Source: Octopus sinensis (Eukaryota). Taken from it: 64,000 nucleotides of DNA. Below, piece after piece: positions 40,803 through 53,954 of the stretch. Location: assembly GCF_006345805.1 (NCBI RefSeq), contig NC_043008.1, forward strand, positions 34,844,001 to 34,908,000, given 5' to 3'. Below the pieces are notes generated by a model that was not told where the DNA came from, did no database searches, and saw only the letters and a program-made list of their open reading frames with translations. Position numbers and translations under genes: made by a program. Every line of letters starts with the position of its first letter. Within the stretch, counting starts at the first letter, position 1.

Positions 40803-41538
40803 TTCTTTCTCTTTTACTCTTTTACTTGTTTCAGAGTCAGTTGACTGCGGCCATGCTGGAGCAGCGCCTTTAGTCGAGAAACTCGACCCGGGACTTATTC
40901 TTTGTAAGCCTAGTACTTATTCTATCGGTCTCTTTTGCCGAACCGCTAAGTTACGGGGACGTAAACACACCAGCATCGGTTGTCAAGCGATGTTGGGGGG
41001 ACAAACACAGATACACAAACATATACACACACATACATATATATGACGGGCTTCTTTCAGTTTCCGTCTACCAAATCCACTCACAAGGCTTTCGTCGGCC
41101 CGAGGCTATAGTAGAAGACACTTGCCCAAGGTGCCACGCTGTGGGACTGAACCCAGAACCTATTTCTTTACTACCCACAAGGGGCTAAACACAGAGGGGA
41201 CAAACAAGAACAGACAAACGGATTAAGTCAATTACATCGACCTCAGTGCGTAACTGGTATTTAATTTATCGACCCCGAAAGGATGAAAGGCAAAGTCGAC
41301 CTGGGAATGAACTCAGAAATAAGTAACTGAACCAGAACCATGTGGTTGGGAGTGAGCAAGCTACTTACCACACCTCGGCGGAATTTGAACTCAGAACGTA
41401 ACCTGAACCCAGAACCATGTGGTTGGTGAGCAAGCTACTTACCACACCTCGGCGGAATTTGAACTCAGAACGTAACCTGAACCCAGAACCATGTGGTTGG
41501 TGAGCAAGCTACTTACCACACAGCCACTCCTGCGCCTA
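40803..41538 (-). mobile_element. CORE-like SINE with a nested Meta-SINE and an amplified junction
   Basis: Tail and core at 40803-41160, inserted Meta-SINE at 41161 to about 41325, a 74-bp chimeric repeat, then the head ending at 41538. Confidence 0.88.
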
Positions 41539-42818
41539 TGACAAGGAATTTTGTTTAACGTAGATAGTTGAAAATATTTTGCAATATGGAAATAAGCCAC
41601 TCACCTCCATTCTATAAATCAATATCAAGCTTGTTAGTTCTAGAATGCTATTGCTGCCGAAAAAGGCGAACAATATGGAACACACTGCTTTAGTAGAGCT
41701 AGATGGACTTTGATTCAATTTTTTCTTTGAGAAATGTATCTTGGCCACAGACACGAAATTAGACCAGTAATTTAATGCAAACTGTTTAGATGGTAGTTCT
41801 CTGCGTCGGCTACTGGGCCACTGATGTTCCTAAAGGTCTACGTAAAAACAGAAATTATTAAGAAAAAAACCCCAATATTTCCAAGTTATTTACACTAATA
41901 GAGTTGGTGCATTCTGTAAATATAATTTCGTGTTTTTCGAGCTTTATAAAAACCTTGAGATATACTTGATCAACTTCATAGTTTCCTTTTTTTTTTCTAA
42001 TTTTGGTAAAATAAGTCCCTGTGATCCGTTTGTCTAGTATCTAGTTCAAAAGATGCATTAATATGTATCCTTTGAAATGCACTGTCACTGAATGAATAAC
42101 GTAGTATAATATTTCCAGATCACAGGGAAACGCTTGAGTAAGGATATCAATTATACTTGCCCAAAGCGTCATATCTATTAAAAATCCTTCTTCCTGTATA
42201 TTGCGCCAGATTCATGAAGTGGTGGTGGTGTTGAGGTGTGTCCGATTTCACGATTCACTAACAATTTCTAATTAGAATCACTTCACTCACTTCGCTAATG
42301 TATTTGGGAAATACATTAAAGTTACAATATCAATTTCCTCTTCCTTATTTCCCTAACAGATAGGAATTTTATGCCTAATCAGCAGAAATGAATGAAATCT
42401 ACGAAATGGATTTCGGTCCAATTCGAATGAATATCTTAAATTTCTCCGGCGAGAGATGACTATCGATGACAATAATTTCTAACTTTAGGGACGTCAGATC
42501 GTAAGCATGTCGTTGTCGAAGCAATCTTTACTAAGGTTTCCTTAATCCATTTCGTAACGAAAATAGAACTGTACATTGTGCCTGAAATTTTCCGTAAGCG
42601 GACATCTGTGTGTTGTGTGTTGTGTGTTAAGGAGTTCATGAAATGAAAATGAAAATTGTTTCATGAATTATGACATAAGAAATTATTTTGAATTTACAAA
42701 TCCAGCAGCGAAGAGTAACTTCAGAATTAATTACAAATCTATGGATAGTCTTCAGCACCTAAATATATTTGTCGAGTTCGATTTTGGAGAGAGAAACTAT
42801 CTTCGCAGAAACTATTTT

Positions 42819-43413
42819 TAAGGTGGCGAGCTGGCAGAAACATTAGCATGCCGGACGAAATGCGTAGCCGTATTTCGTCTGCCGTTACGGTCTGAGTTCA
42901 AATTCCGCCGAGGTCGACTTTGCCTTTCATCCTTTCGGAGTCGATTGAATAAGTACCAGTTACGCACTGGGGTCAATATAATCGACTTAATCCGTTTGTC
43001 TGTCCTCTCTGTGTTTAGCCCCTTGTGGGTAGTAAAGAAATAGGTATTTCGTCTGCCGCTACGTTTTGAGTTCAAATTCCGCCGAGGTCGACTTTGGCTT
43101 TCATCCTTTCAGGGTCGATAAATTAAGTACCAGTTATGCACTGGGGTCGATATAATCGACTTAATCCGTTTGTCTGTTCTTGTTTGTCCTCTCTGTGTTT
43201 AGCCCCTGGTGGGTAGTAAAGAAATAGGTATTTCGTCTGCCGCTACGTTTTGAGTTCAAATTCCGCCGAGGTCGACTTTGGCTTTCATCATTTCGGGGTC
43301 GATAAATTAAGTACCAGTTATGCACTGGGGTCGATATAATCGACTTAATCCTTTTGTCTGTCCTTGTTTGTCTCCTCTATGTTTAGCCCCTTGTGGGCAA
43401 TGAAGAAATAAGG
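42819..43413 (+). mobile_element. Trimeric Meta-domain SINE: head + (body-tail) x3
   Basis: Units start with tatttcgtctgccg at 42871, 43045 and 43229. Confidence 0.92.
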
Positions 43414-43619
43414 AACTATCTTCGCAGGATATTGATATAACAGAAATGCATATTGAGTTGTAAGAGCCTATAAGTATTTGTGGAAGTCTGTGAATATATC
43501 GATATCTATTTAATCTTTGGATCACACTGCACACACTTGGTAAATCCCCTATTTTATTCCCTTCCACTCCTCCAGCTCCACCATCTTACCTATTTCCATG
43601 CCAAGTACGAAACTATCTT

Positions 43620-44700
43620 CGGTCACTTTAAAATAACACGGCCAATGACCTTGACAGTATCCCATCAAATACCTCTAAGCTTTATGTCATTTTGGACCTA
43701 GCCCTATACTTAACAAACTCTGCTCCACGACAGGGAATACCCTGATCGTTGGAAACACATTATAGTGTATCTTATACCCAAGAAATACAATCTCTCTGAC
43801 TCACTGCACTCAGTTCTAATATCTTTGAGGTAATAGAGTCAGACGTTATCAACGACACCCTCCAACACTTTGTATCTTTCTCTCTTCTTAATGAGTACGA
43901 CTACAGTTTCCACAAGGCCAGATCCACCGAGGACCTGCTTTTGTCTGTCACTCACCCGTGAGTTATTCCTTTGGAGAAATTTGATGATAGCAATATTATC
44001 ACTCGACATCAGCAAAGTTTGTTACCGAGTCCGGTATGCGAAACACCTGTCGAAATTTTCCGCCAATAAACCTTTTTTGATCGGTAGCTTTCAATCAGAT
44101 CGCAATATTTCTACTTTCAACCTATCAACTCTGACGTGTCTCAGGTTATGGTTTTGATCCCAACTCTTAACCATGAACAACACTCGGTTAGAGTCCTCAG
44201 AATCGTTACAATTGTAGGGTTCAATTATCCAAGATAATGATGAAAGCTTATCTTAACAAAAGACTACATGTCAACGATTGACCCTTGTTTTCAGAGGTAG
44301 AAAATAATACTTCAAAAATTGTTCAAACTCTACAAAGCTAAGGTCAGGCCCACTACATAAAATTGCTCTCACAACTGGGACGGTGCTGCTGCATACAAAA
44401 ACATCCCAGATTACATCCAGAAAAGGACCGCCCGATAGATTAACATAAACTCACAGACACGTTCCGCTCTCTGGCTTGCAAGAGTGCTGTCTCCTCTTTA
44501 ATTATTTATCGCAGCTGGCTGGGATCTTAGACATTCCTATCTTATACGTCTCTTCCCACATATCTTGTTGTGTCCAAATTCCAACAAGCTCCACATAAAT
44601 TACTTCACACAATTCTTATTTTTCAGAATGTCATCCTTCTGGAATTCCTTCCTTGTTCATACCTTGTTCCTGCAGGTCTTGACATACAAAGGTTCAGGAG
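43620..44700 (+). mobile_element. Decayed CR1/L2-group LINE reverse transcriptase
   Basis: RWKH..VY.IPKK; YSFHKARSTEDLL; LSLDISKV..RV; INSDVSQV (resembles INSGVPQG); LYKAKVRP. Confidence 0.75.
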
Positions 44701-44789
44701 GAAGATTAAAGGTATCGTTAATTCTGGTCCAGAAGAATTTGTAAAAGCCCTAAGCGCTTCTTTTCCCTACCTTCAGACTCAGCAAGTCG

Positions 44790-45300
44790 AGGGAATGGGT
44801 GTGTGGCAAAATGCTTGCTTCCCAACTACACGATTCCGGGTTCAGTCTCACTGCGTGGCACCATGGGCAAGTGTCTTCTACTATAGCCCCGGGTCGATCA
44901 CAGCCTTATGAATGGATTTGGTAGACGTTAATTGAAAGAAGCCTGTCGTATATATAAATCTATGTGAGTGTGTGTGTGTGTGTGTGTGCACGTGTGCTTG
45001 TGTGTGTGTGTGTGTGTGCACGTGTGCTTGTGTGGTGTGTGTGTGTGTGCACGCGTGCTTGTATGTGTGTGTTTGTGCATGTGTGCACGCGAGCGTGTAT
45101 GTGTGTGTGTTTCTTCCCACACCGCCTGACAACCGGTGTTGGTGTGTTTACGTCTCCGTAACTTAGAGGTTCGTCAAAAACAATCGATAAACAAAGTACC
45201 AGGCTTTAAAAGATAAGTACTGGGGTCTATTCATCCAACTAAAAATTCTTCAAGGCAGTGCCCCAGCATGGCCGCAGTCTAATGGCTGAAATACGTAAAA
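44790..45300 (+). mobile_element. CORE-like tRNA-SINE, full length
   Basis: Head, (TG)n linker and tail ...catggccgcagtctaatggctgaaa. Confidence 0.85.
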
Positions 45301-45332
45301 GATAACAAATAAGAGATATACGATACTTATAA

Positions 45333-45455
<123 letters not shown>

Positions 45456-45556
45456 AGTCAGTCTGTCTGTCTGTCTATCTATCTATCAATCTATCTTTTT
45501 ATTTATCTGTTCTCTGTCTATGCCTCTGTCACACTCTATCCATATACATAAGAATA

Positions 45557-45611
<55 letters not shown>

Positions 45612-45634
45612 GCACACGCACGCACGCACGCACA

Positions 45635-45681
<47 letters not shown>

Positions 45682-47551
45682 GATATACAAATATCAGAGA
45701 GGGAAACTGATAGTTTATTGAGTGTGAGCGTGTGTGTGTGTGCATATGTGCGTGTGTATGTGTGTGAGCACGTGTGTGTATGCAAGTGCATATATGTGCG
45801 TGCGCGTACGTGTGCATGTGTGTGTATGAGTGTATGTGTGTGTATGTGCGCATGTGTGAGTGCGTGTGATGTGTGTGTGTGAAGAGAGTTGAATGAAAGA
45901 GCTGTATGTGTAGATTTATTATGATTTGCTCTACTGCAGATATTGAATGCTCTCAAGAAAGCTCCTCAAGCAAAAATTATTCTGTACTCTGGTAGTTCAT
46001 CCTACAGATAAAACGTAGCTATATTATTACATTTCTGTGTTTTATTTTTATAGATTTCCATAAAACAGCTGTTTCACCTCTATCTTCGTCTTACAGAAAA
46101 TTATTTCCCTCCACTCTCCTCCATTCTCTCCCACTACTATCACCCGTTCTCCTCCTCTTTCGATTCCTCGCTTTCGTTTTATCAATTTTTTTTTCGAAAT
46201 CTTCTCCTGACGCGAGAAAATTGAAAACTAAATTATTGGTGAACATTGATTGTCTTGCTCACTTTTCTGTAGGAAAAAAAAAATGTTTGCTTTTTTTACT
46301 TTTCTGTTATTTTTATTTTTGGCAATGATTTCAGATGAAGAAAAAAAAAATAAAATGAAAAATAAATAAACGATGAAGAAATGATAGAAAATGATAAAAC
46401 ATTCCATTTTTTCTCTCTCTTTTTTTATGCAAATAAGTGATTTATTGGTCTACATAAGAGTGTTGATGATGATGATAATAATGATGATGATGGTGATGAT
46501 GATGATGATGATGATAATCATATAATGATAATAATGAGTTTTACTTAGGTACAATACCAAAAACGTATTGTAGCAGGATTGCATGATTTTATGCATTTCT
46601 TTTAGGGGCTTTAGCAGTGTAATGAAGTGCAATATTTCAAAACTGAAATCGAATGAAGTGTCTTGGATACACTTTGCCTGGGATTTACTGAATTACTCTG
46701 TAGAACTGGTCGTAAGGATTCTACAAAAACAGTGAAGAATTGCTGCTGTTCTCCGAGACAATAGCAAATATTTCTTATAACTGTATAATATATAACCGTA
46801 GAGGAACTTATTTTTCGAACTGGTAATACTAGGCACGATGCCCTGTAGTTTTGAAATAAAATGAGCTGTTGCAACGTTCATGCCTTTCTCATAAGCATAA
46901 ATGATATTAGTTAAGTAATGATTGGGGCTTAAGATTTTAAAGATATGAATGAAAATTGCGTCGTGGTGCCCACTCACTAGGTGTTTCATTTTTAACCTTT
47001 GGCTCCGAGGCACTCGACGAAATTTATATTAAATATTGTAACCAATGAATGATGCAAGAAAAAAACATGAAAAACTTCCGGGGGATCAACAAACAACAGG
47101 GAAGAACTCTCCTTCACAACCATCATTGAAATTTTATTTATGTATTTTATTTTAATTTATTTTATTTCATTTTATTTTTATCAGCAGTAAATCGATGCCT
47201 TTACACCGATAAACCAATAAACTGATGACCGAAAAATACAAGAACACAATCCTTTCAGTCTTCAATCACAACCAAAGATAAAAAAAAAATAATCAAAACA
47301 CGAGCATACACTCATTCACATTCTCATTCACACTCTCACTCATATTCTCACTCACACTTACACTCTCACATACAGAGTTGCACTCACACACAGCAGACAT
47401 TGCAATTCAATTTCTTTTTTTTTTTTCTTCAGACAAAGAATCATTTATAAATCTTCCCATATTCCAGAACAGCTGTATTTCTAGTTTCCGGCGGTGGCGA
47501 AAGTTAAAAATAGTACAAAAAAGATAATAATAACAATACTAGTAATAAAAC

Positions 47552-47589
<38 letters not shown>

Positions 47590-48401
47590 TAATAATAATA
47601 ATAATAATAATACAATTCGCACAAAAATACAAAGTTGAAGTAAACAAAAAATGAAATAAAAATAGAACGGCTAATTATTTTCTTTCTTAGAAGTAACCAG
47701 ACAAGCAGCCAGGCAGACATACTGACAAATACTGTTCTGTTATGTTCTGGTGATTCACACATTTTATGTGTGTATGTGTGTGTGTTTGTGTGTTTGTGTG
47801 TGTGTGTGTGTGGTTTTGTAACAAAGAAGACCCTAAAGATGGATATAAATAACATCCTTTGAACTGAACTTTCAGCAACCAAATTGAAATGTGGATAAAT
47901 TTATACTATTTTGAATAAATATACTAATGAAAGGTTTCGTAATATTCTTGCAAGTTCTCAAGGGAATCGCAGTATGCGTTTAGTGCATGAATGAATGGAA
48001 ACCCGGATGTAATGAAATATTAATCAATATAATTACATATGAGGATTCGCAGGAAGTGATGTCATACAACCCGTATAGACATATAAATACATACACACAT
48101 ACATAGACACGCATGTATGGGTGTGTGTGTATATATACACACACTCACACGCACACACTTTTTATCGGAGAGAGTGGGTCTGTTTGTGCAATTAAGAAAA
48201 ATGGAGTGTGCTAATTGATGTATGTACTCACATTTGAAGAATTTCTAATTAACAGTAATTTGACAGTATGGTATAATTATGATAGCCTCCTCATGTATAC
48301 AAAGGAAATGCACAAGGACACGTCGTGTGTGTGTATGTGAGTGTGTGTGTGTGTGTGTGTGTGTACATATATACGTATATCTATTTATGCGCATATATAT
48401 G

Positions 48402-48459
<58 letters not shown>

Positions 48460-48535
48460 CATACATACATACATACATATGTATATATACAAACGAAAGA
48501 GGGGTACCCAACAAATTTATTGGGTGCTACATGTA

Positions 48536-48889
48536 TGGATCAAAACAGTTTTAGTCAAATTCGTTGGTACCCTTCATTTTCAAGCGTGAGACTAGTCAAC
48601 AGCCATTTTGAATCCGAATGATAGAAGTTGATTGTTATTACCGTAAGGTTTCCTGCGATTGGTCGAGGAAGGTTACGCGGTGTCATGGTTTGACGTTGGT
48701 ATATGGATAACAGTTAGTTAGCCATATACCAACGTCAAACCACGACACCGCGTGGCCTTCCTCGACCAATCGCTACCCACCTTACGTCAATAATAAACGA
48801 CTTCTGTCTTTAATTCAAAATGGCTGACGACTACATCACGCTAGAGGCTCAAGGGTATCAACGAATTTGAATCAAACTGTTTTGATCCA
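48536..48889. mobile_element. Palindromic MITE of about 354 bp
   Basis: tggatcaaaacagtttt...tcaaactgttttgatcca termini, with arms pairing imperfectly almost to the centre at about 48713. Confidence 0.85.
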
Positions 48890-48895
48890 CACACA

Positions 48896-48932
<37 letters not shown>

Positions 48933-49515
48933 ATATAATATATATATATTATATATATATTATATTATATATATGTGCATACATGTATATGTATATACAT
49001 TTGTATGCATGTATGTTGTTTCTACATGTCAATACACTTATACACTTTATTGTTTAAGAGTAGAAGAAAAGCATATATGTAATATCTAAATGCAAGTAGC
49101 TATACGTTGCCATACTTTTTAATGTATATATATATATTATATATAATATATATATATATGTTGTATCTATATAAGTATATACATATAAAATAATTCATAT
49201 ATATATCTATACTATAAATCTATATATGTGTATATATATATATATATATATAATAATTTATATTATTTATATATACATACTTATATGATATATTGTATAT
49301 ATATGTTTATGTAATGTTTATTATATATATATACATACGGATGTGTATATATATATATAAATGTATATATATATATATATATTTATCTGCAAGTACACAC
49401 ACACACAGACACATACACACATATATTCATATATTTATGATTCTGTGTAAGTACTTGTGTATGTGTATAATCATTATGTCAATGAAAATCTGTTCATACG
49501 TAAATGTTCTATCTG

Positions 49516-49619
<104 letters not shown>

Positions 49620-49715
49620 AATGCTGAGCTTTTGTTAACGCAACGTCTTTGCACTTTTGTGTCATATATATACATATGCATATATACATATATATATATA
49701 AATTATATGTTTATG

Positions 49716-49769
<54 letters not shown>

Positions 49770-50793
49770 TACATATATATAATATACAATGACACAAAAG
49801 TGCAAAAATGATGCATAAACAAATGCTTAGCATTTATTCACATGTATAATGGAGAAATGCTCTTACAATTATGTTTGCTATATATATATATATATTTATA
49901 TGAATATTTTTATATATACATGTGTGTGTATATATTTTTATATATTATATATTATTGTAGTCTATAGTTACCAGTAGACACATACACGCAGCACAAACCA
50001 TACACACACGCACATACACACACACATCGATGCATGTCTGTGTGTCTATATACATATATATATATATGTTCAATACATATATATATGTTCAATCATATAT
50101 GCCAATGCCATTTGATTGTATGAAAGAGATATACCAAAGACAGATGCTAAAAAATTTCGAAAAATGTTAGAAAAAAAGAAATAAAGAAAATCTTGAAGAG
50201 AAAAATTGTATTTAAGAACAAGTTTGACCATATCGAAAAAAATATTTGGAATATAATTTCAACTTCTACACAATTTGCCAGAATAGAAAATTCATTTTCA
50301 TTTTAAATACCATTTTAATGTCTAGTGCTTTGAGGCAAAAATGTTATGCATATAAGATTAAGACAGACAAACAACTTAGAGGAGATACGTTAAGGTTAGT
50401 ATACGTGGAATATTGTTTAGTAAAAAAAATCATTTGGAACCAATATAGATATAAACAGTTATGATAATATATGTATTTTTATTTCATTTATTCATTTTTG
50501 GTGGAAGGGGTAAGGTTTTGGAATTGAATATGTAGGGGCACGGTTATAATGTATAATTTTAAATTTTAATATAGCAGATTGAAAATGGCGCACTTAGCAA
50601 AAGTTTAGAGCCGTAGTATGATTTGAACTGCCAAATCACACATACACACGCACACTTGCACACACACTCACACACAAGCACACACGCACGCACAGAGTTA
50701 TACACTCACACATATAGACGTGTGGTTGTATTTATCTGTATGTGAAATATGTTTGTATGTGTGAATATATATATATATATAATAATATATATC

Positions 50794-50843
<50 letters not shown>

Positions 50844-51483
50844 GTATCTATATATGTGTATGAGTGTTGTGTGTTGTGGGTGTGTGTGTCTGTGTGTGTA
50901 TGATTATTTATAATTGTGTGCTTGCATCTTTTGATTAAATTGATTGTTATGGTTATGATGTACTATAATATGAACCATTGTGATAATAATAATAATAATA
51001 ATAATAATATAATAATAATATAATAATAATAAAATATAATAATATAATAATAATAACATTAGTGAATGAAGTTCTGCACAGTAAACTGAAGAAAGAAGGG
51101 TAAGAGAAAAGCAAACTGTATTTAAGGATCGTATTCAGACGGGCACAATAAAACGATATCCAGACCGATGACTAAAAATTTAATATACTAATATACTGTC
51201 CAAGTGTAAAAGCAAAAGCTTTTGACTTCCAAAAATGTTTCACAATTGAACAGGAAACAATTGCAGTTACTTTGGACAAATATCCACAGCCTTTTCCTGA
51301 CGCACAATTATGCATCTGCAAGAAGAAATATAGGAACATTTTTTTTGTCAGCATAATACAGTAAAATACATTAAAACTGTAACTATATTAACAAAAAATA
51401 ATTAAAATTTGTAATAGTTATGTTTACGAATTTTTGGTGCATATCGACGACTACTCTTAAAACCAAGAAACGGACGAACTTCA

Positions 51484-51567
<84 letters not shown>

Positions 51568-52306
51568 CATGGTTGTCAAGTTATAAGTATTGGTAGAAAA
51601 CCACACTAAATTTTTTAAATATTATTTCTGAATTCAAATCTGTTTGAGTCAGTTATGCTTTTCATTCTTCTGAAATCGATAAAGAAAATACCGTTGAGGA
51701 ATTGGAGTCAATTCAATAAACAGTGCCGCATTGTCTTGTTTTGTATTAGTAGTGATTGTTTTCAAAATTGTTATAATTTGATTTATTCTTGGAAGCACCG
51801 CAAAATGAAAAAAATGATATCAATGTTCCTGGACTTTATTTTTCCAAGTAACCTGTGAACATTTTGTACTTTCAAATTCAAATAATGTGAATAGATAATA
51901 TTGATGAAGACAAATAGTCGTATTTAGTCAAGAGAAATAATTAAATAAAAAGTGAATTTAGAAAGAAAAGTAGTTAATCCAAACATTTCCTTATGCAGCT
52001 TATCTAGCATTGGGTGTATGTGTACGAACACTCGAAAGGACCAAATATTGCTTATTTTCGGTTTCAATGTCTATCAAGAGTGACATCATCAAAATATAAG
52101 ATGCTTATCTCTTGATAGTGTTACCTGTGATAGATAAGTACACCATGCCATTACATAGCTAAGAATGAATTAATATCTCATCTACTTCGGCGTTCTGAAG
52201 AAATCGACATGTACACCATATAGTTGTAAAAATGATACGATCTATCATCTTCTATCTATCTAGCTATCTATATCTATCTATCTATCTATCTATCTACTAT
52301 CTATCT

Positions 52307-52338
<32 letters not shown>

Positions 52339-52416
52339 CTATCTATCTATCTGTCTGTCTGTCTGTCGTCTTCTATCTATCTTTCTGTCGTCTATCTGTC
52401 TGTCTGTCTTCTATCT

Positions 52417-52465
<49 letters not shown>

Positions 52466-52913
52466 TTATCTATCTGTGTCTGCTTGTCTGTCTATCTACA
52501 CACACACACACACGTACAAACACTTACATATATGTATATATACTTTATTCACACATGTGTGTGTGAGGTCAGACTCGCACTACTGGTAACAGGTAACCCA
52601 ATTCATCCTGTTGCAGGGTCAAGTCCTCAGTGACTAAACCGGCAACCCCATCAAGATTACTTGGTGAGCAGGATGATTTTTGAACATCTTGCGGGATGGA
52701 AACCAAGATCTGTCAAAGGACAGAGGAGCTCAGGCGAGTCAACGACCATCCAAAATAATTAAGGACAAATGGTGGTTACCAGTCTTAATGAAGACAGCCC
52801 ATCTACGATGAGGAATCACTGAAATAAAAACCGTTCGCGAGCGACTGGCAATCAACTGATGCCATTTTCCATAGCAAAAGTCATAGTTTCGTCTACGGAA
52901 AGACTGATAATAA

Positions 52914-52962
<49 letters not shown>

Positions 52963-52965
<3 letters not shown>

Positions 52966-53124
52966 TCGACTGAAACGCGGTGGCTCAAGCACGGTCTCCG
53001 TCAAATGACTGAAAGAAGTAAACGATTATATATATATTATATATAGTATATATATATATATAATCGTTATTTCTTTCAGTCATTTGACTGAGACCGTGCT
53101 TGAGCACCGCGTTTTAGTCGAGCA
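52963..53124. repeat. Fold-back inverted duplication of a SINE 3' end around a (TA)n spacer
   Basis: 52963-53026 is nearly the reverse complement of 53063-53124. Confidence 0.92.
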
Positions 53125-53462
53125 AATCGACCCCAGGACTTATTCTTTGTAAGCCTAGTACTTATTCTATCGGTTTCTTTTCCTGAACACCTAAGTTACG
53201 GTGACGTAGATACGTCAACATCGGTGGGAGGACAAAACACAGATATACAAACACACATACACACACACACACACACACACGCACGCACATATATACGACG
53301 TGCTTCTTTCAGTTTCCGCCTACCAAATCCACTCACAAGGCTTTTGTCAGCCCGAAGCTATAGTAGAAGACACTTGCCCAAGGTGCCACGCAGTGGGACT
53401 GAACCCGGAACCATGTGGTTGGTAAAGCAAGCTACTTACCACACAGCCACTCCTGCGCCTAT
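53063..53462 (-). mobile_element. CORE-like tRNA-SINE, full length
   Basis: Family motifs are present, ending ...cactcctgcgcctat. Confidence 0.92.
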
Positions 53463-53914
53463 ATATATATATATATATATATAATTTTTTGAGCTCTACT
53501 ACGGAGAATTTCTGGATCTTAAGTGTAAACTACATATATATACACGTATATACACTGATAACTAAACACACCACACACAAACACATCGATATATGTGTTT
53601 CTATATATTGTAATATTTGTTGCTATTGCGACCATATACATTAGTAAAGAATAGAAGACCATAGAAATTCGGGAATATTTTTCCAAACAAAAATTGCTAA
53701 AAAGATACATAATTATACAAAAGACTTCACAAGATACTAGGATACTATGAATATCATATGAATTATATACATAGAAACGTAACGTATGTGTGCATACATA
53801 TGTGTATATACACACATACATATTACATGCGTATACCGATTAGTATATATATATATATATATTTTATATATATATATATATATATAATATATATATTATA
53901 TATACATATATAAT

Positions 53915-53954
<40 letters not shown>

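Noticed and set aside
42360-42500. Plus-strand coding exon after a good acceptor
   Set aside because: All three frames contain stops; it could only be non-coding and there is no other evidence.
52560-52900. RTE 5' UTR with an HDV-like ribozyme
   Set aside because: Only a small gtca/tgac hairpin is visible; I could not build the nested double pseudoknot.
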